Source: Phoronis australis
Taxonomy: Eukaryota > Animalia > Phoronida
DNA length: 64,000 nt
Assembly (NCBI GenBank): GCA_002633005.1
Contig: NMRA01000067.1
Span: forward strand, 154,752-218,751
Reading direction: 5' to 3'
The notes below the pieces were generated by a model. The model was not told where the DNA came from, did no database searches, and was given only the letters and a program-made list of their open reading frames with translations. Shown piece by piece: positions 14,517 through 25,581 of this stretch (position 1 is its first letter; each line of letters opens with the position of its first letter). The position numbers were made by a program, and so were the translations under genes.

Positions 14517-17500
14517 CGATTTATGCGTACAAAAGCAATACAGCTGAGCTTGTAAGAAAATTTCTGTGGAAGAAGTCAAACATTAGGAACTGTGTCGGGC
14601 TGTTATCACAGTTGTAGAAATTGTACTGGGGTCATCTCTGACATTTGCTTGCTACCGAAATTTGGAAAAGTGATTTTTATGTTCTTCAACTCGAGTGTGA
14701 GAAATTTCAGGTTCTTCGCTGTGAAACACCGCAGTGTTCTCCACTACAGAGAATTCAAACTCGACAGGAGTTACGAAATTCATTCACATGTTTTAAAAGC
14801 CATGTCCGTACTTTCGGGAGCTGGTGTATTTAGTATTGGATTATATGCATTGAACTGGTACCAAAAGTCTACCATGTCCTAGTTTGCTTTAAATGACTAC
14901 ATCTCCCAATACTTCACTTGCATGGGTTGTCATACAAGCCCAAGTCAAAACAGGTTGTGTAGAAGGCTCAGAAGAGGTGTTTTGTTGTTAAGATATCGGT
15001 TTGGTTAAGTTTTTAATGCCCAAGGGTTTTTGGCTGTCAGATGTTGCAGTGACCTTAGATCGTGGAATAATATCTTGTCTATTGTACTGCTTATATTCAG
15101 ATCTTGGAATAGGTTCATTGTGTGAATAGGATTTCATTGGTTAAATGTTTACGTGTGCAAATACTCAATATGAAAGCTGCTGTCCTACGTTTCATGCTTA
15201 ACACAGATAATCCTACAGGAGATTTTAAGTAGCATCTCCTAGCACTTCATCATAGAAATGCCAACAATGGGATTCATGTCTTTACAATGCTTATAAGAGC
15301 CATCCATGCGTAAGAGATTCTTACCATGCTTTGTATATGGTGCCCTAGAAAATATTTTCTCTATGCAGATAACATGGAGATTATTATCATTGAATTGGGT
15401 TGTTAGGTTTGTGTAAATCTATTCTGATCCTCATGTAAAGCTTGGGTCATCCATAGACACTAGCAATGCCTGCCTGTTATTTACTGCTGAATAGAGCAAG
15501 GGCTGTTGGGTTGTCATTCGGTTTATCCTTCATAAATCAAGGACCTGATAATGATTATTAAATGGGAAATATCTGATAATATGCCTCAAGGAGTTGGGAT
15601 AAGGCATGTTTTTACCCTCTAGTGTGCCATATATAAGCCCGGACATTCTTTCGGAATTATGGGCCCTTTAAATGGAATATATGGCAGCGACATGACATGG
15701 AATGTGGCCTCTGTAAGGATAATTTAATGATGCCAGTGGTACCATTGGTTCAGTTTATTTTGGAGATGGGCCAAAAAAATGAGAGAAATAAACTTTGTCC
15801 TGCTTCTGGTAAAGTCTCGTTTCCTACCCTTGTTTAGTCTGTGAATTTGGGACGTCTTGCAGACTTTTGAAATTTTTATTTGTCACTCCAAACGTAGGCC
15901 CACAAGTGTATTTCTGGAAAATTTCCAATTTTAAGACAATGGGAGAGATTATGGGTAGTAGTGCAGTTATGTTTTTAACGATTTCATGTTGTTTATTCAT
16001 ATGACCCTGACAGGAGATTGTACACCTGAAAAGCCACAAAAACACTTTGTGAGTGCTAACTTGTTAATAATGATTACAAACTGTTTCATTACCATTTGCA
16101 AGCGGCGCAATGTCCTCCGCTATATTTGATTCGAATTTTTTTGTAGACCTTACTGAACTGTTATGAACATGGCAATATCTTTGACTTTTAACAAAACACT
16201 GAGCTGTGTTAGTGTGTACAAAAATTGGCCACCTGTTGTACGGTTTATAATGTTTTAATTCATCAAAGCTATTCTAGTCGTGAAATACAGACATTTAATT
16301 ATAGACACTAGTTTCTTAGTTCAAACTGTTACCAAATATTTTATTGGGCCTCTGATGGTTCATAACTTCTTGTGTCAGAAGCTTAGTGTTGCTGTACATA
16401 ACCTGTTTGTAATGAAATGTAATTGGCCTGTTGATTTGATTAGTTTACCCTGGTGCAATAAAAATGTCCATAAAATAAACATAGTAACTAAAGCTGAAAA
16501 ATGCAATTACCATGGGTCAGGGTTTGGATTGGAGTCTCATGGGTGAACATGTTGTTCAATTGATCGATTCTTGTCGCTCTTAAGTTGTATTTTTAGTAAC
16601 TTTCTCAATTTCGTTGTCTATTGATAAGATTCCTTATGCGAGTCAGTGTGCTTGGTGATGTATCCCCTCCATAATTAGAGTATTTACTTTTCCCATGGTA
16701 CAAGAAACATTGATCATAGTAGCATTCCTCACCCACGTCATAAAAACACATAATGACTTGAGAAAACAAGATGGACTGGCTACATGAAACAACAATGCAC
16801 ACCTTTTCATAATAGGTTTAATTATTAGCCTGAAGTTTTTGGATAGCCTCGGGAACAATACAGAGGAATTTGGTGAAAGTTATGAGAGAAAATGTTACAG
16901 TAGGATACACTGCGGTTGATTGGTCATAATGATTGGAGTAGGCGATCCTGATCAAATCAATAGGTGTGTAGAAGGGAATTGTGTCTAGTATAAACATGGG
17001 TTACTCATTATCATAACGGCTTTGTGTTCTTGTTGCCTTTTAAATCTTGTTTAGCTTGTTGATATTACATTGATAGCCTCATCGAATCCCGATGTCGACA
17101 GATAGTTTTATCGAATGGAGCTATGAATAAGTATAATGCTGTGTCTTAGGTAGTAGATTAGAAACTGCAGGATTTGTGTTTATTTACATTCTTTTATTAG
17201 TAAGAGTGCTTTTGATCAATTGGCCATCCCTACATATGAATTTTTCTTCAGCTTGAATAATGAATATTTGTTGATTTGTTTATGAAGTGTTGGTTTTGAT
17301 AACACAGAAGAAACATCAAAATATTCGTGGAATCTTACCAATGATCACTAGTCAGCTCATGACATTATTTGCCTATGTTTTATTATAAACAGTTTCAAGT
17401 TATGGTAGAGTTTTGTTATAAAAATAAACCAGTTAGATGTAGTTATTTAGAGATCAGCTGATAAAATAGTCCAGAGACCATTCTGAACCATTTTGGATTG

Positions 17501-20018
17501 TTATTTGGCTGGAACAACTATTACATCCTTTAAAGTAAAAATGAACAGTCTTTGGCATGTTGGTTATTAACAATACCGTTCACATATATTTGCATGCACA
17601 CTTGGTTAAGTTTTCTAGGTTGCATCTGACAAAAACATTCTGTTGTCAGTGGCGTGCCATGGCATCTAGTTGGGACTTAATCTTTTCAATTAAACTTTGA
17701 ACAGTTTAATTTTCCAACCTACATGTCCTATAGTGGGGTTATCTTGTGACAGATTTGCCTTGCCAGTTCAGGTTACCCAAACATTATCCCCTTCAGTAGA
17801 GTTGACATATTGTTGTTCCTTGAAATATGAATTGCTTTAATTTTAATGAATAATGCCCATATCAGATTTATGGTAGCATCCATGTCTGTAAATATCGTTT
17901 GCCGTAAGTAGTATGAGTGTCACTGGAACTGACTTGATATTAGTGAAGACTTTTGTTGTGAAACCGTAGTCATTGCATGGCTTGTGTTGGTTCATTTACA
18001 GGTCTTATTGGCAATATATTGATACTTTTACATTACTAGAAAAAGCCAGCGGACAAAAGGTACCTGCACCTTTGGTCTGGCTAAAGTGACCGAGGACACT
18101 GTAGAAATGTGTTGACAAGAACTGTACATGGATTTATCTGTTTAGTGTTTAATCCATCATATGCAAGATTTATTTTAACCTGTTGTGCATTTTCTGTCAA
18201 GAATGCACCTTAGTTTGTAAATCAAATGAAAAACGTTTATGTAGTTTCACTTGATGTGAGGGAGTCTGGTGTTTGTAAATTGAGGGACAGTATTGAATTA
18301 ACTTGTCATTGATTGAAATTTGTTATTTGAATGCCTGCTGTGACCCTGTGGAGCCTTTGCAAAAGATTGCTAAAACATGATTTCTACAACTGTTGGTGTT
18401 TTCTTAAGCTAAACTGTTGATTTGACAGACCACAAGCTCAGATGTGGTTCACATATTGTCATTCAGTATATCACACTAGCCAGGTTAATGGGATTTCTGA
18501 TCCACCTGAATAGATAATAATAATGACCCCTGTGAGCTTATTTTACCTGTCTGTAATTATGTGAGGTTTGATGTTACATTAGTCTGTTCCCTGTGTCAGG
18601 TAATTTCAGAGCAAAGCTTGTATCCTGAACCAGCAAAGCCCTGATAAAGAAAGACATCTAAATTAGGGTCATTTTGATCTGGTCCTATCAGCAGTTTAAG
18701 ATTTGTCATTATAGGCAAGTGTTGCTTGAGCAATTTTTAACAGACACCAGTTTATAAATTGTCCCTTGCACCTCCATAGTGAACATAGATGACTGGTGAA
18801 AACAGGTTGTGTGTTTAAAAGGACACGCTTGTTTAGTGAGCTTTTGGAACATTGTGCATGCACTCTGGTTGTTGCGTTGTACTTTGCATATGACTCCAGC
18901 GTGGATGTCATGTTGGAAGATCTGTCCATACCATCATGCTCCAAACTGTCGTATACAAATTTGTATAGACAATGCATAAAATATCTGTTGCCTGTAAATG
19001 TTCTTCAGCAGAACATCTTTCTGGTTGTTCACTCCCTCATGTTTATGGATCAAGCCCTGTTTTTTTCTGGTGACTAAATGAAGTCAGTTCCCACCATATC
19101 TTATCCAAGGCCCTTATCTGAGCCTATTTCTTTGCATACTCTCCTACTGTATCCCAGGTGGAGTATGGTCAGATCATTCCATAAACATTGCAGCTGTCAT
19201 TTTCTATTCATGTGATTGTCAAACAGTGATTGGGGAAAGAAAGGAGGATAATATTGTATGATGTAATACCTCAAGTGAGGTAAACAGTTCAAGCCCTATG
19301 GATAGAAGATAGGTATTCAGAGACATGTAACTTTAGCTTACCTTAACATTTAAAGGTTTAAAAGTTAAATTTTAAATGTTTATGAAAGGGCGCTCATCAT
19401 ACTTAAATGGCAGTTAATGATAACCACATTTCAAAAGTGTCCATTGTTCTTGGCATTTCGTGGAGTCTTGTGAAAGATTTGACATTCAGATGCAATTATA
19501 AAGTTAAATACGCTAGTCAGTGTGACATCCTGGTTATACAAATGTTGTGTCCTAAGTCTGTTAATTGCTAATGATCTTTAATCTCTCTTCACATGTTTAT
19601 TCGGTTATTACTGGTTTAAATATTGAAGAGCTGGGGCAGCAGTGGTATGGGTAGGAAATTTAGAACCGTTTTCCTATAGTGCATTAACATATTTGTTGTC
19701 AAATGTTGAACATTCTAGTACTTGACGCCTCTTTATAGATTGTGTTAGTTTACAGACAATGGCTGTAAATTGTCCTAAGATGTTCAAATAGTCTTGTTGA
19801 CACGCACAGGACTTAATTTCCTATTTCTTTAAGAACATTTACGTACAGGCTTTCTAAAGAATCGATTCAAGTTCACGAGTGTATTTTGTGTCTAATGAAA
19901 AGAATTTGGGACTCTAAATTGTCACAGAGCAAATTTGCATTCATGCAGTTTACAGGCAGTGGGTGTTTTTCTGCATTTAAGTCGTAAAGCCTTCTACAAG
20001 TCGAGGATGTCTAAAGCT

Positions 20019-20762
20019 TTAAAGTGTACACAACATGACTTTAGTACCTCAAAATAAATTTTATTATTATATCTTACTTGATTTAAGTGCCTTTAGTGCA
20101 CAGCTCATAAAGAAACACACAAAAAATTGAAAAAATAATAATTATGTACAACGTCATGGGTTGAACCCAAGTCGTTCGCCATACTGTTCGGATCAGAGAC
20201 AAAGTGTATAGAGTGAAGAGAAAGCATTGTACATTTAGCGTCGAGAAGGTTCGTAGAGGGATCAAAAGATGTGTTTCCGGAGGCTGCAGCAACAGCAGCC
20301 AGGCGGAGAACGTCTCGGTGTTCCGAAGGACACCAAAGTTGCGCAGAAGTGGCATCGCTTCGTGCGCCGAACGAGAGTGTGGGACATCGTGGACCAAGCG
20401 ATTCGGTCCGGGGTCACTCTGTTCTGCCCACTTTGAGGACTCGTGTTTTGACTCCAGTCACAGGAGACGTTACGATGAAGGCCTTTTTCAATAAAGGACA
20501 TTATTTATCATTCAGAAGCATCAGCTCTTAATTCAGGATCGTCTGTGATGACTGGGTTGACTCGCTGAGCCCGAGGCCGCTTCTCTCGCGGGAGGATCCA
20601 GTTCGTAAGGCTCAAAGTAGAAAAGTACGCAGCCGGAAGCACATTAAACTTGTTCTCGCTTTCGTGCAACCCCATTTCCTCATCCTGGCCACCATTCCCG
20701 TACGTTTCTTCATAGTATTTGTTCAATTCTTGCTCATAATCGTCGTCGCTTTCAAATTCTCT
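20019..20762 (+). mobile_element. Decayed THAP-domain DNA transposon, probably Kolobok-like
   Basis: Begins TTAA-AGTGTACACAACA; frameshifted THAP at 20270-20450 (KRCVSGGCSN..VSVF / PKDTKVAQKWHRFVRRTR / LCSAHFEDSCF); convergent acidic - strand fragment with FEPYELDP; truncated at N 20763. Confidence 0.6.
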
Positions 20763-20763
20763 N

Positions 20764-20778
20764 TCATTCCAAGCCCTG
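20764..20778. mobile_element. Right terminus of a hAT-like MITE after an assembly gap
   Basis: TCATTCCAAGCCCTG is identical to the right end of the element at 46841-46855. Confidence 0.6.
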
Positions 20779-21999
20779 TCTTATATAAAAAGACTGGCCA
20801 TGGATTTGCTGCAGTACCCAGATATGTTTTGAAACCAGAATTTGCCACCCTCCTTACCTCCCAGGAATCAGAATGGGCTCAAAACACCCTATACTATGTG
20901 ACAAATGTGATCCAAAAAGGATTAGGCAACCTACCTGTGTAACATAACAAGTACACAGCTGCCATACTTCCAGTACTGCCTCCTTGTCTGCAAGTTTGCC
21001 TTCACACCACAACCTGTGTTGTGTCAAGTTACTTAAGACCATGGTACCCTATCTTGTTAAGGTGGGGTAAGTTATCACACTTATGTCTAGTTGCTGTAGT
21101 GTAAATAGCATTCAAACTACTACTACTAAAACCTGATGACATTTTGTTCCAGGAATAACTTGTTCTAGGGTAATTCGTAGTGTGAACAGCACTTGTATAG
21201 TGTGAACGGCACTTGTGTATGCTGCTCAGTTGTGCATTTTGATTCCGCATTCAAAATTTTTGGCATGGTAGTGGTAAAAACAATAATTTTACGCTTGGCT
21301 CTTCCACAACACCTTCATGAGTGGCCCAACTGATTTTATCACTCAGGAGAACATAGCAATAGTGAAAGTATTCATGTCTGGCACCACTTTCACCATGTAC
21401 AGTTTATCTTATTAATTCTTTCTGAATATTTGGCGTCATTCACAAGCTCTTGACTTTGAAAAGGAGTTTTAGTCAAGGCCAGCAGTGGTCAAAGGCTGAC
21501 AATGAGTTGTGTGCTGTTCTATCTGGGCCATGTTTGATTAAATCTTTGCCTCAGGTAATTTTAAGGAGTCTTTAGATGGTCTACCACAGACCAGCTATTA
21601 TCAAAATGTTTTGGCATAGGTACCATCAAAGTTTGATCAAGGGCTTAAGGAGATAGGGAGAGCGATTATTTTACAATTAGGATTCTATCTATTCAAGTGG
21701 TCTCAGTGCACACACTTTCTGTTGATTGAACTTGATAAGCTGCTTGTGTTACTTGGTCTTGACCACTTCAAGTATTTGCACATCTCACTTGCCTGATCAA
21801 GGCAACAGTAATTCTGCACCCAATGTGAGGGACAAGTGAAATTCAATTTGGAGAGTAGGCCTATATCAGCAAGATTTATCATAGGCCAAGTGTGACAGAA
21901 AAATGGGTTTAAGAAAATGACCTATGGTATTTTGTGCTGCTTAGGGGAAGTGAATGAAAACTCACAAGAGCTAAGGCTTTGAGACCTAAAAATATGTAT

Positions 22000-22215
22000 A
22001 TTTTTAAAAAATAATTGCAGGTGGTCTGATACAGGCCGCAGATGTGGGCCCTTTGCACTGATCTACTGGAACCATTTTTATGCTTCATTAATATATAGTT
22101 AAAACCGAGCTGAGGAGCTAGAAACCTGACTCAAGGGGGTTAGCAGTGTGACCCAGTGGGACTCAAACCCACGCCCTCGAGTAAAGAAAGCGGTCACTGA
22201 TCACACTAGGCCCCA
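22000..22215 (-). mobile_element. tRNA-derived SINE (degenerate)
   Basis: The - strand reads GGCCTAGTG (A-box-like)...GTGGGTTTGAGTCCCACT (B-box/T-arm-like, 22159-22169); no intact cloverleaf; 3' boundary approximate. Confidence 0.55.
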
Positions 22216-22709
22216 GTACTTCCTCTGAGGCTTAGGTGGTACTCGACAATATGTTTGCATGACAGAGTGCAGTTGAGAATTAGGATACAAACCCATTCAT
22301 GTAGAGTGGACTTACAAAATGGGACACATTTGTAGGGAGCTTGCATGAAAAAATCTATAATGTTTCCGTTTCGTAGGGATTTTTGGACAGCTGAAATGGC
22401 TTGTAAAAAATAGTATATCTTTTCAAACAAATTTAAAAAAAATAGGCAATAAATGAGCTACTCTAGAGTTGTGTAGTTGGAACCAGGAAGCTTTTGTATG
22501 CTTTCGAAATACCAGTTATATAAGGAATTAATAGGAAAAGACATCCTTTTCTGGCTAATTTTATCAAGAAAGGCACCCTTCCGTAAGCAAACTTCTCATG
22601 AAAATGTCACCTGTCTGAGGACACATTCCGTATACTTATTCTATGGTAGTATTCGGGCTCTTAGGTGCCAATGTACGTACAGACTTATTCCATAAAGCAC
22701 TAAGTGTTA

Positions 22710-22860
22710 AGTGCCATCCACACACAGACTTACCCTAGAACAAGTTACTACTGGAACAAGTTGTTGCTTGGTTTGAGGGCTGTGGGGACGCTCTACTCAA
22801 AAGTGGGGTAAGTTGCACTAGTGCAAGTTGTTCTAGGGTAGGCTGTGTGTGGACGGGACT
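22710..22860. mobile_element. Palindromic MITE (PIF/Harbinger-like)
   Basis: AGTGCCATCCACACACAGACTTACCCTAGAACAA...TTGTTCTAGGGTAGGCTGTGTGTGGACGGGACT; related fragments at about 21030-21215, 22906-22928, 30110-30260 and 60060-60140. Confidence 0.65.
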
Positions 22861-24480
22861 ATAGTCTCTTTAGCACAAAGCTCTGGCCACAGAACCATTA
22901 CACTGTAGGCTGTGTGTGGACGGGACTTGACAGAATCGGCTTATTTCCTGGCATATTGCTTTTGGCACATTAAGTGACAAAGCCGTCACGTCTCGTTTTC
23001 AGCAACAATGTTTTGTCAGTTTTCCCAAGCTCAAAAGTCACTTCACAGTAGTTTGAGCAAGAGCCAATTAAAGACCACTTTTAGAGCCGTAAGTGGCCTA
23101 TGGTCTTCAAAATCTGCGTTTTTGAGTACTGCAAGCATATGTCTTGGGATTTCTTCAACTTTTAGACATCTTTGTATTTAGTGTAGTGTGTATGTGCACA
23201 CAAATTCTTTGAACTACAGTTGACCACGACTCATTAGTAAAAATTGCCTGGAGTCTTGATCATGAAAAATACATTTGCACTTCTAAAACCAAGTTTTCCA
23301 TTACTTTGCAATTGTCTGTTTGCACAGGAGGGGGTGATTTTAAGAGCATCACCAATGAAAACCCCAGTCTGAATTTCAATCAGTATCAATAGAGCCCGCC
23401 TGAGGCTCTGTGTCACCCAGTGCTGGCTGTGTCTGTGTGGGCACTACTGTCCATGTTACATCATTGTGACTCAGTAAGTTATCACTGGAAGATGTGAGTA
23501 AACACATACAGCCTTTCATTCAATGTGAGGCTTTGTGTTGCTGTTGATTTGAAGATAGATGTTAAATTGTGAAGAGCTCTGACCAAGCTTGCTTCAACAG
23601 GGACACCTCATTTCACAAGGACACAAGTCCTTAGAGAACCAATTTCCAATTTGCAGTTGACCTGATTTCTCTGAGGAGGTGCACAATGTCATGAAGTTAC
23701 TTGTTTCGGGATAACTTACATAAATGCCCTGCAAAAACATTACCAGGGTTGTATCTTGGAATATGGTAAAATGTCACCAATTTAGGATCCAATATGATGG
23801 ACAAGTGAAATTTTTACTTTTTTCGTTACGGTTATGTAGCATTCAATAATACTTTAGCCAAGTTCAAGTTCTTCACTGTAACTGTGATTAGAAAATGTTT
23901 CGAAAAATTGTGTCAGTTTCAACTATTCAACTGTTTTTAAGGCATTGCATAATGTGCTAACAGAATACAATGTTCGTGGTGATGACCGTAGCTCCCGGCC
24001 AGGTCTACATTGCGACTTGTAACTGATCCGGTTTCCAGAGTAGAAAGCGTGTCTTACTGTTTTTAAAATCATCTTCGTGACGCAAATATCGCTGAAAATA
24101 TAGAACTTAGTTTTACTTGTGTGGCTTATATTGTGAAATTAGTGAAATTTTTCAGTTCTTATCGCGATGACATTCTGAATGCAAAATAAAATGTTCCAGT
24201 AGTCATACTTCAAATTTAATTTTTGAATGAGATCCTGTGTATTTTTGGCATATGTGCATGGATTATAATTAGAAGGACCTGTTTGAGATACTTATTGCAC
24301 TGAATTCATTTAACAATGTATTAAGATAGATTGTAGATTGATATCATGTAACTTTATTGATTATTTATTGATTGACCCATTAACTCATTTAACACCTTGC
24401 TAGGTGACAGGTTACTCAGTTGACTTTTCTTGATTTTATCAATTAATTCTAGTCTGATGCATGAGCTAATAGCTGCAATA

Positions 24481-24737
24481 AGTCCTTTTCATACTAACGT
24501 TGACGCGTCGATGTTTTGGGGAGTTGCGGTCAGTATGTGAATGGTTAACTTCGGTCCTGGATCGGTTAACTTTGCAGTAAACAGGTGACTGTTCATACCA
24601 CACAGCAGCATTGATGCTCCACTGTTAATTCCACTTGTACTGGCACTTTTAACTTTGATTCAGAACCAAAGTTTACTGTTCATACTTACTGCAACTCCCC
24701 AAAACATTGTCATGTCAACGTTAGTATGAAAAGACCC
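24481..24737. mobile_element. Foldback MITE with about 65-bp imperfect TIRs
   Basis: CTTTTCATACTAACGTTGAC...TGTTTTGGGGAGTTGC is mirrored by GCAACTCCCCAAAACA...GTCAACGTTAGTATGAAAAG. Confidence 0.75.
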
Positions 24738-24919
24738 ATAGAAATTAATTGTTTGCCCTTTGAAACTCACATTTTATACACGTGCAATATCACACGTTGA
24801 TCCGTATAGTATATCAAAATGATGTTTAAATGTCATAATTTTATTAAAGTGCATTTGGTTCTGAAGGACATCCATTTGCACCTCTGTTTTTGTATCATTC
24901 AGACTGTAACATTAACATA

Positions 24920-25066
24920 CCGTAATCGTTCGGGTTAACGCCCATGCTCAGTTAACCGCCCACCCCTNATTTCACGTTTAAGCGCCCATGTCTGGTTAAC
25001 CGCCCACCCCCGATTTTTTGGGTTTGCCAATTTAACCGCCCAGGGCGTTAACCCGAACGATTACGG
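24920..25066. mobile_element. Tc1/mariner(pogo)-type MITE, TA TSD
   Basis: TA|CCGTAATCGTTCGGGTTAACGCCC...GGGCGTTAACCCGAACGATTACGG|TA, 24-bp perfect TIRs, internal TTAACCGCCC repeats, N at 24968. Confidence 0.88.
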
Positions 25067-25250
25067 TAGTACAAACTAACACAGAGCAAAGTGATTACAC
25101 TCAGCCTCTTCTCTCATGTATTTCGAAATCCTGGAAGTATTTCAGGAAAAAATTTGCAGGATTAATTCCATAAATGGTCGTGTCCCCAAAGGATTCCTGC
25201 TGACTGCTGGAATAACGGTATTTTCGTCATTCCTATTACTACGGAATAAT

Positions 25251-25581
25251 CAACAAGTGGTCAGACTTCAAAACCAGTCGGCTGGACTGTAAAACCAAAT
25301 GGCCAATGATCAAACGTGTTGTCCGGACTTCAAGACGCGTTGGCCTCACCCAAACAACTAGTTGGCTGGACCCAAAACAAGATACATAACCAGTTGGCAG
25401 ACGATTTGTTCGTCCATTGTGTTTTATCACTCGCCAACCCGTGTTAGGCCCAGCCAACCAGTTTTTGGGTGTGGCCCTTTGGTTTTGAGGTACCAGACAT
25501 ACATTCTGACCACCAAGTTGGAACACTGGCCATTGGATTTTGCAGTCCAGCCAGCCGGTTTTGAAGTCTGACCAATTGTTG
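25251..25581. mobile_element. Long foldback element inserted in an older dispersed repeat
   Basis: CAACAAGTGGTCAGACTTCAAAACCAGTCGGCTGGACTG... is mirrored by ...CAGTCCAGCCAGCCGGTTTTGAAGTCTGACCAATTGTTG. Confidence 0.75.

Larger units (their letters stand above)
12850..14850. promoter_or_regulatory. Putative bidirectional promoter / CpG-retaining region
   Basis: Visibly more CpG than the flanks (by eye, not computed); + strand changes from A/C-rich on the left to T/G-rich on the right; ATTGG boxes near 13462 and 13804. Confidence 0.5.

Noticed and set aside
22141-22215. Possible tRNA gene on the - strand
   Set aside because: Only degenerate A and B boxes; no consistent acceptor or anticodon stems, so treated as a SINE head.
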